Origin: Andalucia godoyi And28
Taxonomy: Eukaryota > Protista > Jakobida
Assembly: GCA_009859145.1 (NCBI GenBank)
Contig: VRVR01000011.1
Coordinates: forward strand, 206,026-270,025
Direction: 5' to 3'
Length of the DNA stretch: 64,000 nt
A program made the position numbers and the translations under genes. Positions 31,583-43,147 of this stretch are shown piece by piece (within the stretch, counting starts at the first letter, position 1; each line of letters starts with the position of its first letter). The notes under the pieces were generated by a model. That model did not search any database. It had not been told where the DNA came from and was given only the letters and a program-made list of their open reading frames with translations.

Positions 31583-32779
31583 TTGAATGAAAGACCTCGA
31601 GAAATGCTTTCCCTATCATCGGCAAACAAGCCCCCAGTATCACAAAGACATAAACAATCTGATGTGCCTGTTCGCTTGCTGATCGAGACGAACAACAACA
31701 ATGGCCAGTTTGCGCAAGTCGACGCACTGCGAAGAGCAACGACTACGTTCTGCCCTTCCGTACCGGGAAAGTTACCAAGCTGTCTGGTCAACCTGGAAGA
31801 CATGTTCTGCGACTACGAAGCCGTGGTTCCAGCGGTCGACTACCAGTCCAGCCAAGATGATGCACCCGTTTTTTCGGAATCTTCTTTCAGGGAGGACAAT
31901 CAGTCCACATCCACGGAAACTTCTCACACTGCCTCTCCATCCAAGAAAACTCGGGTTGGCAACAGACGCGAAACGGCTAGTCAAAGGATTCGTCCAAATC
32001 GACAATGCAGCTCTCAAGAAAAGCAGAAAAGAACAGCGCTGGTTGAAAGGAACGTTTTTGAAAACGTCAAATTCGAGACGCCGCCAGCTGTTGCGAAAAA
32101 GACCTCTGCTCACCTATATTCCTTCGAAAAGAAGCCCAGGCTGGTGAAACCAGTCCCGGTGAAACTCAGTGCAGCAAAGCAGCTTGGCAAAGAGAATCAA
32201 GATCCTTCTCCGTCGCGGGTTCACTGCAACAACAAGGCTCCGACAACGACGACAAACAGGAAGAAGAAAAAACAGCCATCCATCGATGGCCGCTCCGTTT
32301 TGCCAAATGATATGCGTCCTGCGAAACGGTTCCGGCCTTCAGAAGACCAAAATGCCAACTCTGTCGAAGTCTTTGAGTTCCCACAAGCAGTCAGGGGATC
32401 TCAAGGATCTGAAGGCTCTGCTGTGATTTCGTCGCCGTCTCCCAGTGCTACAGGACTTGTTGACCATGTGATGCGTGGGTTTTTCTCGGGACAACTTTTT
32501 GATGAGAGCCACGACTGGCTAGAAAAATTCGAACCTGCGGAACCTTTCCAATGTTCCAGCGACTTTGATGCCGTCCAATTCGAGGACTTCGTATTGGAGG
32601 GGAAAATGCTGGATTTCGACGAGGAAAGCATTTCCATGAATTCTTCATCGCGCACTTGCTACGCTCCTGCCGACGAAATGGTGCTGGAACCTCCACAGGA
32701 AGGTGAAGAGGATTTTGATGACATCGAGTATGTGATTTGCTGGTTGTCTGTTTGTTTGTTTTTTTCTTCCCATTATTAA
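31583..32779 (+). CDS. Hypothetical protein (basic centre, acidic C-terminus)
   Basis: 398 aa ORF. The 3' end may be spliced (GTATGT at ~32728 followed by a T-rich tract). Confidence 0.6.
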   Translation: MNERPREMLSLSSANKPPVSQRHKQSDVPVRLLIETNNNNGQFAQVDALRRATTTFCPSVPGKLPSCLVNLEDMFCDYEAVVPAVDYQSSQDDAPVFSESSFREDNQSTSTETSHTASPSKKTRVGNRRETASQRIRPNRQCSSQEKQKRTALVERNVFENVKFETPPAVAKKTSAHLYSFEKKPRLVKPVPVKLSAAKQLGKENQDPSPSRVHCNNKAPTTTTNRKKKKQPSIDGRSVLPNDMRPAKRFRPSEDQNANSVEVFEFPQAVRGSQGSEGSAVISSPSPSATGLVDHVMRGFFSGQLFDESHDWLEKFEPAEPFQCSSDFDAVQFEDFVLEGKMLDFDEESISMNSSSRTCYAPADEMVLEPPQEGEEDFDDIEYVICWLSVCLFFSSHY

Positions 32780-32825
32780 TTATTATTATTATTATTATTA
32801 TTTTTAATTCTACATTTTCAATTTT

Positions 32826-35800
32826 TCACACGACATGTCGACCTGAACTTACGGTTTGATTGTGATTAGCATGAACATGTTCTTGCCCAGAAGAAGCAAA
32901 CAGAGAATCGGCATGAGCCGATGATTCCTGCTCCAGCTCCACCATTCGCTTGTGTAAAATCTTTGTTTCTTTGTGTGCATCATGGGAGTAGCGAGTCGGG
33001 GAATTCGAGTCGGCAGGAACAGCAACGTCCAAAGGAAGAGGAGACGGAAACCCTGACGAATACGTGGAATCAGAGCCAGCACGCGCGGTGTCCATGCCAA
33101 CGCGACGCTCGACTTCCACGTGTCGCAAACGTGCGGTCAGGTCGTCATTCCTTCGCTGCTGCTCCGATACCACGGCAAGAATTCTACGGCGATCGCGTTC
33201 CAATTCATCCAATGATGTGCTAACATAGTCTGCGTCGCGTCGCGCGGCATCGATCTGCCCTGCGAGAGCATCTCGTTCGGAACGGATACGAGACAGCTCG
33301 TCTGTTAAGCGCCGAACATCGGACTCCGCGTTGGTCTGCGCACGGACCAGCGTATCCACAGTCTGCTGCAACTGCTGTGCTTTGATAATGGCAACGTCTC
33401 TCTCCGAGTGAGAAGCCGATATTTCATGCTGCAACCGCGTAAGATCGGCTGTCAAAAGATTGATCTGAGAGTCCTGCTGACGCTTGGACGCCTTCAATTG
33501 CTCTTGTAGCGAGATTCTAGTAGATTGCTCATTTGACAAAGTGTTGCGCAGAGCTTCCAGTTCAGCATGCTTCAACGAAAGCTGATGGGACAGTTCATCG
33601 ACTCGAGAACTCAGAATGCCGTTGGTGGACGCAAGTTTTGACATCTCCTCGTCCATTCCTGGCACAGAAGATTTCACAGGAGATGACGAAGTGCTTGCCG
33701 GCACGATGTGCTTCGTTGCTCCAACCGACGCACGCGACTGTGCAAGTGATGCTTCCAAACGGGCAACTTCCGACATCAAATCGCGTGCTTTCAACTTTGT
33801 CCGTTCGTGCTGCGTTTTCTCGTCCATAAGCGCCTCCTCCAGGGAAACCAAATCTCGTCGCATGATGTCCATTTGAGCTTCCATTTCAGGAGTATGCTCT
33901 CGAGCAGCAGCCGCAACTTCGACAGGAGTGACAACAGAAGACTGTTTGTTCACGTACTGCACAATTCGGCTATGTTCCAGTTTCAAAGCATCATACTCCT
34001 TCTGCAGCGTGGCAAATCTCCTTTCAACGCTATCTTTCTCTCTTCTCGTAGCCTCGACTTGCGCACCATAGTCAAGACGGAGCAAGTCTCGCGATTTCTC
34101 GTACTCGGACAACAGTGCCCGCTCCTTCTTTTCTGATTCGTATTTCCGACGCTGCTCCCTTTCCAGACGATCCTTCAACGACTCAATCTCTCGTTCCAAC
34201 GATGATGACCTCTCCGTCAATTCAGCAAAGGATCTCCCGGACTGTGCCTTCATGTCCGAAATGTGTTCTCGAAGCACATCGCATTCGCGAATGGATGCGG
34301 ACAACTTCTCTTGTGACTCTTGCACTATGCCTTTCAACATCAGATTTTCTGACTGCAAAGACGAAGCTAAAGACTCCATTTGAGAAATGCGAGTTTGCAT
34401 CGTCTGATCGCTGTCACCAATTGTCAATACCAGCGAGCGATTTTGTGCACGCACTTTGTCCACCTCCTCTTTCAATTGAACATTTGAATCTTTTGTGGAC
34501 CGAAGCTCATCTTCCAGTGCCAGTATCTTGGATTTCACAGAGCTCATCATGAGTTCAGACGACTCTTCTTGTCTGGAGGAAAGAGAGCGAATGCGATCGG
34601 ACAATCCTCGGTTTGCAACTTCAAGGGCGGTCTTTTGAGACTCCAGAGCAGAAACTCGGTCCTCCGCTGCTTTCAGTGCAACTTTGATCTTGAGATTTTC
34701 GTTCTGCAGCGTGGTCATCAAGGAGTCGTCCGCAGACCTGTGCTCTGACACCAGCAACTGCATCCGGTGCAGCTCGTCCAGTGTTTGTGCATGACTCGCT
34801 GCCAGAGTTTCATACTCTTTCCGTAATCGAGGGACGTTCACAGCTTCCAGTTTCTTTTCGACTAAATCCGCCAACGTAGCATTGACCGAGGTAAAGTCGT
34901 TCTTCAAATTTTGCAGCAGCCGCCGGAGATTTGAATTCTTATGAGCCAGCACAAGCTTTTCTTCTTCCAATACTCGAACTCGCTCTCCAAAGTCCCGGAT
35001 GGTATCCTCTCGCTGGTCTTGCAACATCCTGGAATACTCCACAGCATCATTCTTCTGTCGAAGCAAATCATTGCATCGGGATTCATGCATTTCTCGGCTT
35101 TGTGCCAGATCCTGATCAAACTGACTCTTTGACTGCGACAGCGACGCTTGCAAGGCACTGACAGTGGCATCCAACCGGATGCACTGCGATCGAAGGTCGG
35201 CAATCATGTTGTCCTTTTGGTGCGCCGCGTCCAAATGGGAATTCTCGTGTTCAGACATTGCAGAGTGTGCACTTGTCAACTGATCCTCCAGCTGTTGAAC
35301 TGCCCTGGCATACTCCATCTGTCGATTCTGCGTCTCTACCCGATAATGTTCCTCCAACTGATGCAAGGAACCCTCCAGAGAACGGATGAGGTCCTGCTTT
35401 CGTTGATTTTCCTCTGCATGCATCTGGCTCTCGAATCTTCGCTCATCTTCCATTTTCTTGACCGTCTCGTCCGAAATGAATATGGCACGTTTCAACGTGT
35501 CGATTTCAATGCGTTTGTTTTCGGCAAGGTCTCTGAAGTCTTGCTCCAGGCTTTCCTTCTTCCGGCATTCCTCCGAAAGCCGCCTCTCCAAGTCTGTAAC
35601 ACGACAGAACAGCTCCTGGTCTCGTTCTCGAGAAAGCTCCGACAAGGCCATTGCCTTCTCTGATTCCTTCGAATTAAGGAGGGACTCGATTTCCTGTCTA
35701 TGCTGAGTAACCAGCTGCAGCCGCTCGTCTCTCCATGCGCTGCGCGCGTTCGCAACATCAGAGTCTCTTGCTGCCATCTGACTGTCAAAGTTGTCTTTTT

Positions 35801-38800
35801 GGGCTGCCATCTCGTCCAACAACGTCTTCGTCTGTGATCGTAAAGACTCAACGTTGGCAAAGTACCCATCGCGTTCTTTTCTCACTTTTTCCAATGTCTC
35901 ACTCAGCACGGCAGTGCGCTCTCTCTCAGACTGGATATCTTCCAATATTCTGTCAGACTCGGAAGCATGACTTTCAACGAGATTTTGCATTTGCTGCTTC
36001 AAGGAGTCGTGCGCGGATATCCAGTCATTCTTCGCTCTTTCAGAAACATCCAATTGCGCTCGAGTCTGAAGTAACGCCTTCGTGCTATTTTCCAGCTCGA
36101 CGCGCGTATTGGAAAGTTCACGCTGCAGAGACTCGCACTGGCGAAGAATCTGCTCGTTGTGATGAGTGGATATCTCATGCTCGGTCAGCAGCGCCATGTG
36201 ATCCGCATGCAAATGGCTGTACTTTGCTTCCCATTCTTGTGAAGAGGATTCCCATTCGGAGACAGATCGGGATTTGTCCACCTCGATGGCAAGAACTCTC
36301 GAGCGCCATTCCTCATTCTCTCGCTCATGCTTCTCCAGTGCATCTTGCAAATCCCTTGACATCACGTTCTTCTCATCCACAAGCTTCTGCAATTGAGCGG
36401 ACGCTTCAGTTAGAGCCAATTTGTATCCAGTTTCACGGGAGGTGAATTCGCGCACCATAGAATCCTTTTCTTCTCCGATTTGACGAAGTCGCGTCTCGGT
36501 CTCCTCAAGCATCGTGCGATACTTTCGCACATGCGATTCCTTTTCTGCTCTCTCCGACTGAATATCTTCTTCCGACACTCCAAGCTGGCGTTTCAGATGC
36601 GCATTCTCGTTTTTGCACTTTTCCAACTGCAAAGAAACGGCATCAAGGTGGGAGATTGTGGTGTCCAAGCGATTAACAATTTGCAAGCGAGCATGCTCCG
36701 ACTGCTCCTTAAAAGTAGCGAAAGACTCAGAATCCGTACACTTTTCTTCAACAAGATCATTATACCGACGCTCCAATGTCAAATAATCATTTCGAGTGGA
36801 AATTGCATCGCCCTCATACTTGTTCTTTTCCGAAGTCAGTGAATGAACCGCAGCCTGCAAACTGGAAACTAACGAGGAAAGATTCAGATTCTCGGACTCC
36901 AATTCCGACAACTGGCGCACAGCTTCCCTCTTGGAATTTTCAAACTCGTGCTTTTCGTGCGTCGCTGTTACCACGGAATTGTTCAATTTGTCATGTTCAT
37001 TTCGGAAATTGGCAATTTGCGCTTCAAGATCGTCAATCGTTCCCTGCAAGATTCCTTCTCGGGCCCGGGATTCCGAAATCATCGTCTGTAGATTGCTGAT
37101 CTGATTCATCAAGTCACTCCGTTGCTCGGCGAAGTCGTGCTGCGCTCGCAGCTTTTCTCTTTGCAGAGACTGCAATTGCACCAGCAACTCATCATGCTCT
37201 GCTCTCAACTGGGCCAGAGAACGATCCTTCTCTTTGATCTGCGCCGCAAGCTGCTCAGCGAAAGCCGAAGCCTTGCTCGCTCGGTCATCACGAGCCGGGC
37301 TATCGGAGGACTTTTTGACGGAACCTTCGTGTTGCTGTGCAGCGTCCGTGACGATCGACTGTTGTGCTTCCAAGATACGGACGTGCGCTTGCGAGGACCG
37401 CAGCTCATTTTGCAGTGCCTCAACTTGCGACTCCTTTTCTGCCAACTGGAACGAGATGGCATCCATTCGTGTCACCGTTGCATGCCGCTCTTGCTCTGAG
37501 ACAGAAAGCGCCTCCTCGATACGGTCTGTTTCCCGTTGAAGAGCAGCGATTTTATCCTCAAGAATTCTCTCTCGGACTTTCCACACAGTGCCATCAGACA
37601 CTGCAGATGAAGGTGTCGGTTCCTTCGAGATCACAGGAGAATTTTCCGCATGCTCCACTGGCATTTGATGAACAACAATAGTTGAAGACTGGGAGGCCTG
37701 CGATCTGAGCAACTGATCTCTTAATGAACGCACCTCGGCTGTCTTTTCGTTCAATTCGCTGCGCAAACTGCGCACGAGCTGATCCCATTCAGAGTGCCTG
37801 TGCGCAACGGACGATTCGAGCAAGCGCACCCTCTCGTCACTGGAAGACCTTACGGAGTTGAGCTCCGCTTCCACGAGTGACAGCTGCGTTTGCGAATCCC
37901 GAAGAGACCTGGTTTGAATATTCAACGAGTGGCGCAAGCCTTCACTCTGCTGCGTGAGAGACGTGATGGACGCACGCAGTGCAGCGTTTTCTGCAGTCAT
38001 CTGAGTCAAACTGGAATCATTGACATTGAATGCCAGTGCACGGTTGGAGGCCACCGTAGTCTCCTTCTGACTTCGCAGTTGATCATTCTCCGCTTGGAGT
38101 TGCAGAACCCTGTTTTTCCACTCATCGACAACTTTCATCCAATGGTTGTCCACGTAAGCGGTGGTGTCGTGCTGTTCGTCGTCCTCCTGCTCTGTTTGCC
38201 GCAGCCTCTCCTTCTGCAGTTGGTTTTCCAACCGAGCGATGACGGAGTCCTTTCCAGATACAGCCCCAAGAAGTTCGCCTACGCGAACCTTTAAATCATC
38301 TCTGTCTTTTCTCATGATTGCCACCTGTGCGGCCATACTATCCCGAACAGCACGAACATGATCAGAAGATGCCGACAGCTCCCGAAGAAGCTGCGCATTC
38401 CGATCTGCAAGAGTCTGAGTTCTTTGAGACAGTTCCGAGAGCACTTCTGAACGAACACGTGACATCTCTGCGCTTTCAGTCGAGCGCGCAGCCGTCGTTC
38501 GATCCGATTCCGTTGCACCAGGAGATCGATGAGAATTCCGTAAAAGCTCGACTTCCGCAACCAAGTGCGACCGATCTTCCTCCCATGTTTTTCGTTCATT
38601 ATCAAATCGAGTCTCGACATCCTTTGCCGTATGGAAGGCCATTTCCAGGAGCGACACACGATCCGTGAGCGCCGCATCGAGCTGATCCAACAATGACGAA
38701 TTTGCAGCCAGCAACGAAAGAATCGTTTCATCCCGAGATTCAGAGGATGATGATGACAGGATCGATCGCAGCCGTGCATTTTCTTCGCGCAGATACCGCA

Positions 38801-39314
38801 GTTGATCCGCCTGCGTATCGCCAATCTTTTCTTGAATTGTCAACGAAGAATTCAGTCGAGCTGATGAAGACCGAGGGCTTGTCCGGTCGGATTGCTGCGT
38901 CATCGATGCATCCCTCCCAGGACTCGTTCTTCCTTCCGAAACTTCTGATCTTCGAGGCGACGGGCGTTCTGGAGGCGGTGGGACCGTATCCTGGATCCCC
39001 CCTGCAGAACCGACATTTGATGAAGAAGAAGAAGACGATGATGATGATAGCGGTGCGTTTGCCAGCGTTGAATGCGAATGTGGAATAGGAGACAAAAATT
39101 GGGGATCGGAAGACGAGACCTGTTTTTGAGGTTGCCCTGGGGTCTGCAGAGTGTCGACATTCGTTGCAGATGCAGCCGCGGGATTCGAAACCGAAAATGA
39201 CGGCTGCTGCTGCTGCTGCTGCTGCTGCTGTCGAGATGATAGAATCTTCTTCAAGTTCTCATTGTACTCCCGCAGTGCCCGCAGCTTGGCGGAAAGCTTA
39301 TCTGGTTCCGACAT
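32826..39314 (-). CDS. Giant (2162 aa) coiled-coil protein, probably cytoskeletal/centrosomal
   Basis: Uninterrupted 6.5 kb ORF with continuous E/L/R/S heptad composition. Confidence 0.85.
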   Translation of the reverse strand: MSEPDKLSAKLRALREYNENLKKILSSRQQQQQQQQQPSFSVSNPAAASATNVDTLQTPGQPQKQVSSSDPQFLSPIPHSHSTLANAPLSSSSSSSSSSNVGSAGGIQDTVPPPPERPSPRRSEVSEGRTSPGRDASMTQQSDRTSPRSSSARLNSSLTIQEKIGDTQADQLRYLREENARLRSILSSSSSESRDETILSLLAANSSLLDQLDAALTDRVSLLEMAFHTAKDVETRFDNERKTWEEDRSHLVAEVELLRNSHRSPGATESDRTTAARSTESAEMSRVRSEVLSELSQRTQTLADRNAQLLRELSASSDHVRAVRDSMAAQVAIMRKDRDDLKVRVGELLGAVSGKDSVIARLENQLQKERLRQTEQEDDEQHDTTAYVDNHWMKVVDEWKNRVLQLQAENDQLRSQKETTVASNRALAFNVNDSSLTQMTAENAALRASITSLTQQSEGLRHSLNIQTRSLRDSQTQLSLVEAELNSVRSSSDERVRLLESSVAHRHSEWDQLVRSLRSELNEKTAEVRSLRDQLLRSQASQSSTIVVHQMPVEHAENSPVISKEPTPSSAVSDGTVWKVRERILEDKIAALQRETDRIEEALSVSEQERHATVTRMDAISFQLAEKESQVEALQNELRSSQAHVRILEAQQSIVTDAAQQHEGSVKKSSDSPARDDRASKASAFAEQLAAQIKEKDRSLAQLRAEHDELLVQLQSLQREKLRAQHDFAEQRSDLMNQISNLQTMISESRAREGILQGTIDDLEAQIANFRNEHDKLNNSVVTATHEKHEFENSKREAVRQLSELESENLNLSSLVSSLQAAVHSLTSEKNKYEGDAISTRNDYLTLERRYNDLVEEKCTDSESFATFKEQSEHARLQIVNRLDTTISHLDAVSLQLEKCKNENAHLKRQLGVSEEDIQSERAEKESHVRKYRTMLEETETRLRQIGEEKDSMVREFTSRETGYKLALTEASAQLQKLVDEKNVMSRDLQDALEKHERENEEWRSRVLAIEVDKSRSVSEWESSSQEWEAKYSHLHADHMALLTEHEISTHHNEQILRQCESLQRELSNTRVELENSTKALLQTRAQLDVSERAKNDWISAHDSLKQQMQNLVESHASESDRILEDIQSERERTAVLSETLEKVRKERDGYFANVESLRSQTKTLLDEMAAQKDNFDSQMAARDSDVANARSAWRDERLQLVTQHRQEIESLLNSKESEKAMALSELSRERDQELFCRVTDLERRLSEECRKKESLEQDFRDLAENKRIEIDTLKRAIFISDETVKKMEDERRFESQMHAEENQRKQDLIRSLEGSLHQLEEHYRVETQNRQMEYARAVQQLEDQLTSAHSAMSEHENSHLDAAHQKDNMIADLRSQCIRLDATVSALQASLSQSKSQFDQDLAQSREMHESRCNDLLRQKNDAVEYSRMLQDQREDTIRDFGERVRVLEEEKLVLAHKNSNLRRLLQNLKNDFTSVNATLADLVEKKLEAVNVPRLRKEYETLAASHAQTLDELHRMQLLVSEHRSADDSLMTTLQNENLKIKVALKAAEDRVSALESQKTALEVANRGLSDRIRSLSSRQEESSELMMSSVKSKILALEDELRSTKDSNVQLKEEVDKVRAQNRSLVLTIGDSDQTMQTRISQMESLASSLQSENLMLKGIVQESQEKLSASIRECDVLREHISDMKAQSGRSFAELTERSSSLEREIESLKDRLEREQRRKYESEKKERALLSEYEKSRDLLRLDYGAQVEATRREKDSVERRFATLQKEYDALKLEHSRIVQYVNKQSSVVTPVEVAAAAREHTPEMEAQMDIMRRDLVSLEEALMDEKTQHERTKLKARDLMSEVARLEASLAQSRASVGATKHIVPASTSSSPVKSSVPGMDEEMSKLASTNGILSSRVDELSHQLSLKHAELEALRNTLSNEQSTRISLQEQLKASKRQQDSQINLLTADLTRLQHEISASHSERDVAIIKAQQLQQTVDTLVRAQTNAESDVRRLTDELSRIRSERDALAGQIDAARRDADYVSTSLDELERDRRRILAVVSEQQRRNDDLTARLRHVEVERRVGMDTARAGSDSTYSSGFPSPLPLDVAVPADSNSPTRYSHDAHKETKILHKRMVELEQESSAHADSLFASSGQEHVHANHNQTVSSGRHVV

Positions 39315-39743
39315 TCGACTCGCTTTCTAGATCGAAAGCACAGCCTTCCTTTTTCTATTTTATAATTAAAAATATAAAATATAAATATAAAAACCTAAAC
39401 TAGACTAAAACTAGCAACTAAAAACTAATACAAAAAGTAAAACTAAGAACTAAACCTGAAACACAACACGTAATAATGTATAGTGTACTTTGCACCCAAA
39501 AGAAGAATATGTGCAGAATGCAAAGTGCTCAATGTTCAGTGCTCAATGCTCGCCGCTTGGTCGTTGGGCCTCGAGCCGCCAAAAAGAGTGGAAACGCCAG
39601 AATCAATTGAGCGTAGCGTTTTCCTTCGAGTTGTGGGGGAAGGTTGCAGGGAGGCTACAACAGGCAAGAAAGTGAGGATGAAAAACTGACGAATTCTGAT
39701 TGCCATTTCGTATTCTGCTGGTTTGTTTTATTTTTTTAAATTC

Positions 39744-40568
39744 TTATTGGCTTGCACTGTCCGTTCTAACTTCTCCTTCAATGCGCGTTTCCAGAGCCGC
39801 AAGTGAGCCGGTACTGACAAACTTGCTCTTTTCAGGTGCATCATAATTCTTCGCGTATGGATTCTCCATGAAGCTTCCCTTGTCGGCGTAGTCAAACAGG
39901 TGTGCGAACAGTCCCCGAATTGCATCCACTGCATTTCTGGCTTTATAGTCCACAAACGGAATAGATTGAAGCGCCTCGTCCGCAGAAAACAAGTCGTGTT
40001 CATCAATAAACACTGTCTGCATACCCCACTTTTTGGCAGCTTTGAGATTTCGAAGAGCGTCTTCGAAAAAGATGGTTCTGGAGGCATCCTCGATTTTTGC
40101 AGCTTCAAATGCAGTGACGAATGCTTCATCGTCTGGCTTATTGGCAAGCTTCATTCGCTGCACCTCGATAACAGGCTCTTCAAACAGGTCCTGAATTCCA
40201 ACTTTTGTGATCATGCGAATTACGTGGTTGTAGTCTGCATTTGAAAACACGTATTTTGGAAACGGCAGCTTTTGCAGCGCGTTTCGAAGCTCTGGGTTTG
40301 GATGTACAAGCTCTTGGCAGCCGTGATGAATATGCGCCCAATACGCGTGAATGTCAATCTCGTTGGACTCACGCATAAGTCCATTCAGCGTTGTTCCATA
40401 TGTCTTGAAAAGCCTGTCGCGATACTCGCATGCCTTTTCAGTCGAAAGAGAAAACCGCTGCGACAAGTACGACTCAATCTGCAGGCGAACCTTGTCCCGG
40501 ACTCCAGACGACTCTGGATACAGTGTATCATCGCAATCAAAGAACAGAATAAGCGAACGATCCGTCAT
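39744..40568 (-). CDS. HAD-family pyrimidine 5'-nucleotidase (SDT1/Phm8-like)
   Basis: LFFDCDDTLY (HAD motif I), YGTTLNGL, KYVFSNAD..H, KP..EAF, FFEDALRNL.AAKKWGMQTV. Confidence 0.9.
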   Translation of the reverse strand: MTDRSLILFFDCDDTLYPESSGVRDKVRLQIESYLSQRFSLSTEKACEYRDRLFKTYGTTLNGLMRESNEIDIHAYWAHIHHGCQELVHPNPELRNALQKLPFPKYVFSNADYNHVIRMITKVGIQDLFEEPVIEVQRMKLANKPDDEAFVTAFEAAKIEDASRTIFFEDALRNLKAAKKWGMQTVFIDEHDLFSADEALQSIPFVDYKARNAVDAIRGLFAHLFDYADKGSFMENPYAKNYDAPEKSKFVSTGSLAALETRIEGEVRTDSASQ

Positions 40569-40949
40569 CCTCGTGTTCGTGTTCGTGCTCTGTCGCAAAA
40601 GAAAGAAGGAAAAACAACACTTCTCGAAATGATCCGCTCCAATAAGAAGAAAGAAGGAAAGCAGAAAGCAGAAAGCAGAAAGCAGAAAGAAGGAAAGAAG
40701 GAAAGAAGGAAAGAAAAAAGAGAGAAAGAAGAAGAGAAAGAGAGAAAGAAAAAAGAGAAACGCGTGTTGGGTCTGTCTGCAGTATGCTGTACGATCATGC
40801 AGATGTCTACTGTAGTTCAAAGCAGTGTCTTGACAAGGGCGAAACACGCCTGCAGAATTGTTAAAAAAGGATTGCGGTGTTTTTCGGAGCTGCTACTAAC
40901 ATTAATGATAGTTATTGCTACGATTGTTGTTGTGGTTGTTGTTGGCAGC

Positions 40950-41765
40950 ATGAAGTCAAAGAGCAAGGATCAGTCGGTGGGGGAGCGGAAGCCTGTTGGA
41001 ACGTCGCTTGCAGCATTGGCAAGTCGGAGTGATAATAGACGTCATTTTGCAAAGTTGGAAAAGGAGAAGCTCCGCAAGAATGTGACGCGGAGTGTGTACA
41101 AACGCATTGCAAAGCGAGAGGAAAAGGAGGGGCGTCACAAAGGATCTGAGATGTCTGGGTTCTTGGAGCGGCAGGATGCAATCGAGAAGGAATTGGCAAA
41201 GGAAAGAGAACGAAATCAGCCGAAAAGACGAGTTGCTGTGAACGGACCGCTGGATGAAAAGCCGTCACCAAGAAATAGCGGAGATCATGATGATGATGGT
41301 GACAGCAGAGGAGGAAGTGAGAGTGAGAATGATGGGGAAGTAGGAGGGGCAGGCGTTGTGGCGCCAAGATACGGAAAAGATGACGCGAAGCGATTCAATC
41401 CGTTTGAGAAAGCAAAGAAAGAGTATGAAAAGGAAGCAGAGGTGAAGAAAGAACAGGCTCTTGAGCATGAGAGGGCTATCATGGATCAGAAACTCAAGAT
41501 GAAGGAGAATCGCAGAGATCGCATGAGAGCTTCGCATAAACTGTCTCAGAGAACTGCCAGAGGCCAGCCGGTTATGGCAAACATTGTGCAGCACCTGTTG
41601 GAGAAGATCCAGAGAAATGACGAGAAGGACAAGCAAGATAAGCAGGAGAAGAACAAAAAGGAACCGTATGCGAAAAACACCGGCACTCAAAGCAGTACGA
41701 ATCAGAGGAACAGCCACAGCCACAACCGCAATCTTAAGAACGACGGAAAACGCCACTCAAGATGA
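40950..41765 (+). CDS. rRNA-processing protein, FYV7/CCDC59 (TAP26)-like
   Basis: Basic protein with C-terminal LSQRTARGQPVMANIVQHLLEKI, matching the (K/R)T.(K/R)GQP.M....LL.KI family motif. Confidence 0.7.
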   Translation: MKSKSKDQSVGERKPVGTSLAALASRSDNRRHFAKLEKEKLRKNVTRSVYKRIAKREEKEGRHKGSEMSGFLERQDAIEKELAKERERNQPKRRVAVNGPLDEKPSPRNSGDHDDDGDSRGGSESENDGEVGGAGVVAPRYGKDDAKRFNPFEKAKKEYEKEAEVKKEQALEHERAIMDQKLKMKENRRDRMRASHKLSQRTARGQPVMANIVQHLLEKIQRNDEKDKQDKQEKNKKEPYAKNTGTQSSTNQRNSHSHNRNLKNDGKRHSR

Positions 41766-41968
41766 TCGTGATCATGGATGCATTCTCTTCCATCGCGTCA
41801 TTAAGATGTTCTTCTTGGCGCTTTTTTTAGTTTTTCTCTTTCCTTTTGTTTGTGATTTTTAATGAATATGAATGTTCTCAACACGTACCGAAATGTTGTT
41901 GTTTATCCCAGACGGAAAGAAGTGAGGGAAAAATAATAATGGTACAAAATAATATGTAAACCAGTTAT

Positions 41969-43147
41969 TTAGAGTTGGTCGTCGTCGTCCCCAGGCTCAT
42001 CGTCCGCTTCTGCTTCCACTTCCTCTTCTTCTTCTTCCTCTTCCCCTCCTGGAATGAAATCCTCTTCGCCTTCGCTGTCATCGTCGTCCTCTGCAAGCAA
42101 CGCAGCAGTCCCGTATCTGGCGCTGTCTCGGTCCTCGTCTTCATCGTAGTTGGAGTCATCCTGTGCCGCAGACCGGTCGTCGTCGTCGTCATCTTCTGTT
42201 TCAACCCTAGAAGCTATCTTCATCCGTTTTGAATCCGCCAGCACTTTGAAGTCGCGATCCTGATGCGGTTCATCTTCATCAAGCTCCAAGTCATCATCTC
42301 CGATGTCGTCTTCCTTTTCCGAGCGAGAACGTTTCTTTCCTCCGAGAATCTCTGCGTGAACGACTCCCTGATCTTCCCCATCTCCTTCGTTGTCATCATC
42401 CTCGACATCATCGTCGCTATCATCCTCCTCTCCCCCTTCCGCATCATCATCATCCTCTTCCTCTTCCTCTTCCTCTTCCTCTTCCTCTTCCTCTTCCTCT
42501 TCCTCTTCCTCTTCCTCTTCCTCTTCTTTCCCCTCATCTCGTTGCTGAAGTTCGTCAAAAACGTCCGCAGACTCTTTTTGCTCACCGTTTTCGCTCGAGT
42601 ACTCATCAGGAAGACTATCTAATTCACGATCTTCCTCGTATTCCGCACGTTCATCTTCGTCCATGTACTGAACTTCGTTACCTTCTCGATCCTCTCCATC
42701 AAGCCCAACCAGCTTCGACAGCGCCGCGTACACACGTTTTGAGAAATCCTTTGTGGTATCGCATACCGGATTTCCGTCCAATTCAAGGTACTCGAGCTTT
42801 GCAAGTTTTGCAAGATCCTCGATTTCAGAAAACGCTGAAATCTTGTTTCCGCCCAACGATAGCGATTCCAGCGCAGGAAACTTTAAGCTCAGGACCCCCA
42901 AGCCCTTTGAAATCTTGTTATCGGACAAATCAAGAGACTGCAGCCTCGGCAACACGGGAAACGAATCGAGATTGGTCAGGTAGCACTGCACGAGAGAAAG
43001 ATGCACCAAAGAATCTGCAAACGGTTGCAAAGCAGCTGCAGGGGCATCAGGCGCTCGAATCATCGAATCAAGCGTGAGTCGACGAACAGTGCCATTTTGC
43101 TGTGATTGCTGCGCCGCTATTGTCCTGTCCAGTGAAAGCGTCGCCAT
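41969..43147 (-). CDS. ANP32: Acidic leucine-rich nuclear phosphoprotein ANP32 family
   Basis: LRRs (LTNLDSFPVLPRLQSLDLSDNKI, LSLGGNKI, LELDGNPVC...VY..L..L..LDG.D) followed by a long E/D tail. Confidence 0.88.
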   Translation of the reverse strand: MATLSLDRTIAAQQSQQNGTVRRLTLDSMIRAPDAPAAALQPFADSLVHLSLVQCYLTNLDSFPVLPRLQSLDLSDNKISKGLGVLSLKFPALESLSLGGNKISAFSEIEDLAKLAKLEYLELDGNPVCDTTKDFSKRVYAALSKLVGLDGEDREGNEVQYMDEDERAEYEEDRELDSLPDEYSSENGEQKESADVFDELQQRDEGKEEEEEEEEEEEEEEEEEEEEEEEEDDDDAEGGEEDDSDDDVEDDDNEGDGEDQGVVHAEILGGKKRSRSEKEDDIGDDDLELDEDEPHQDRDFKVLADSKRMKIASRVETEDDDDDDRSAAQDDSNYDEDEDRDSARYGTAALLAEDDDDSEGEEDFIPGGEEEEEEEEVEAEADDEPGDDDDQL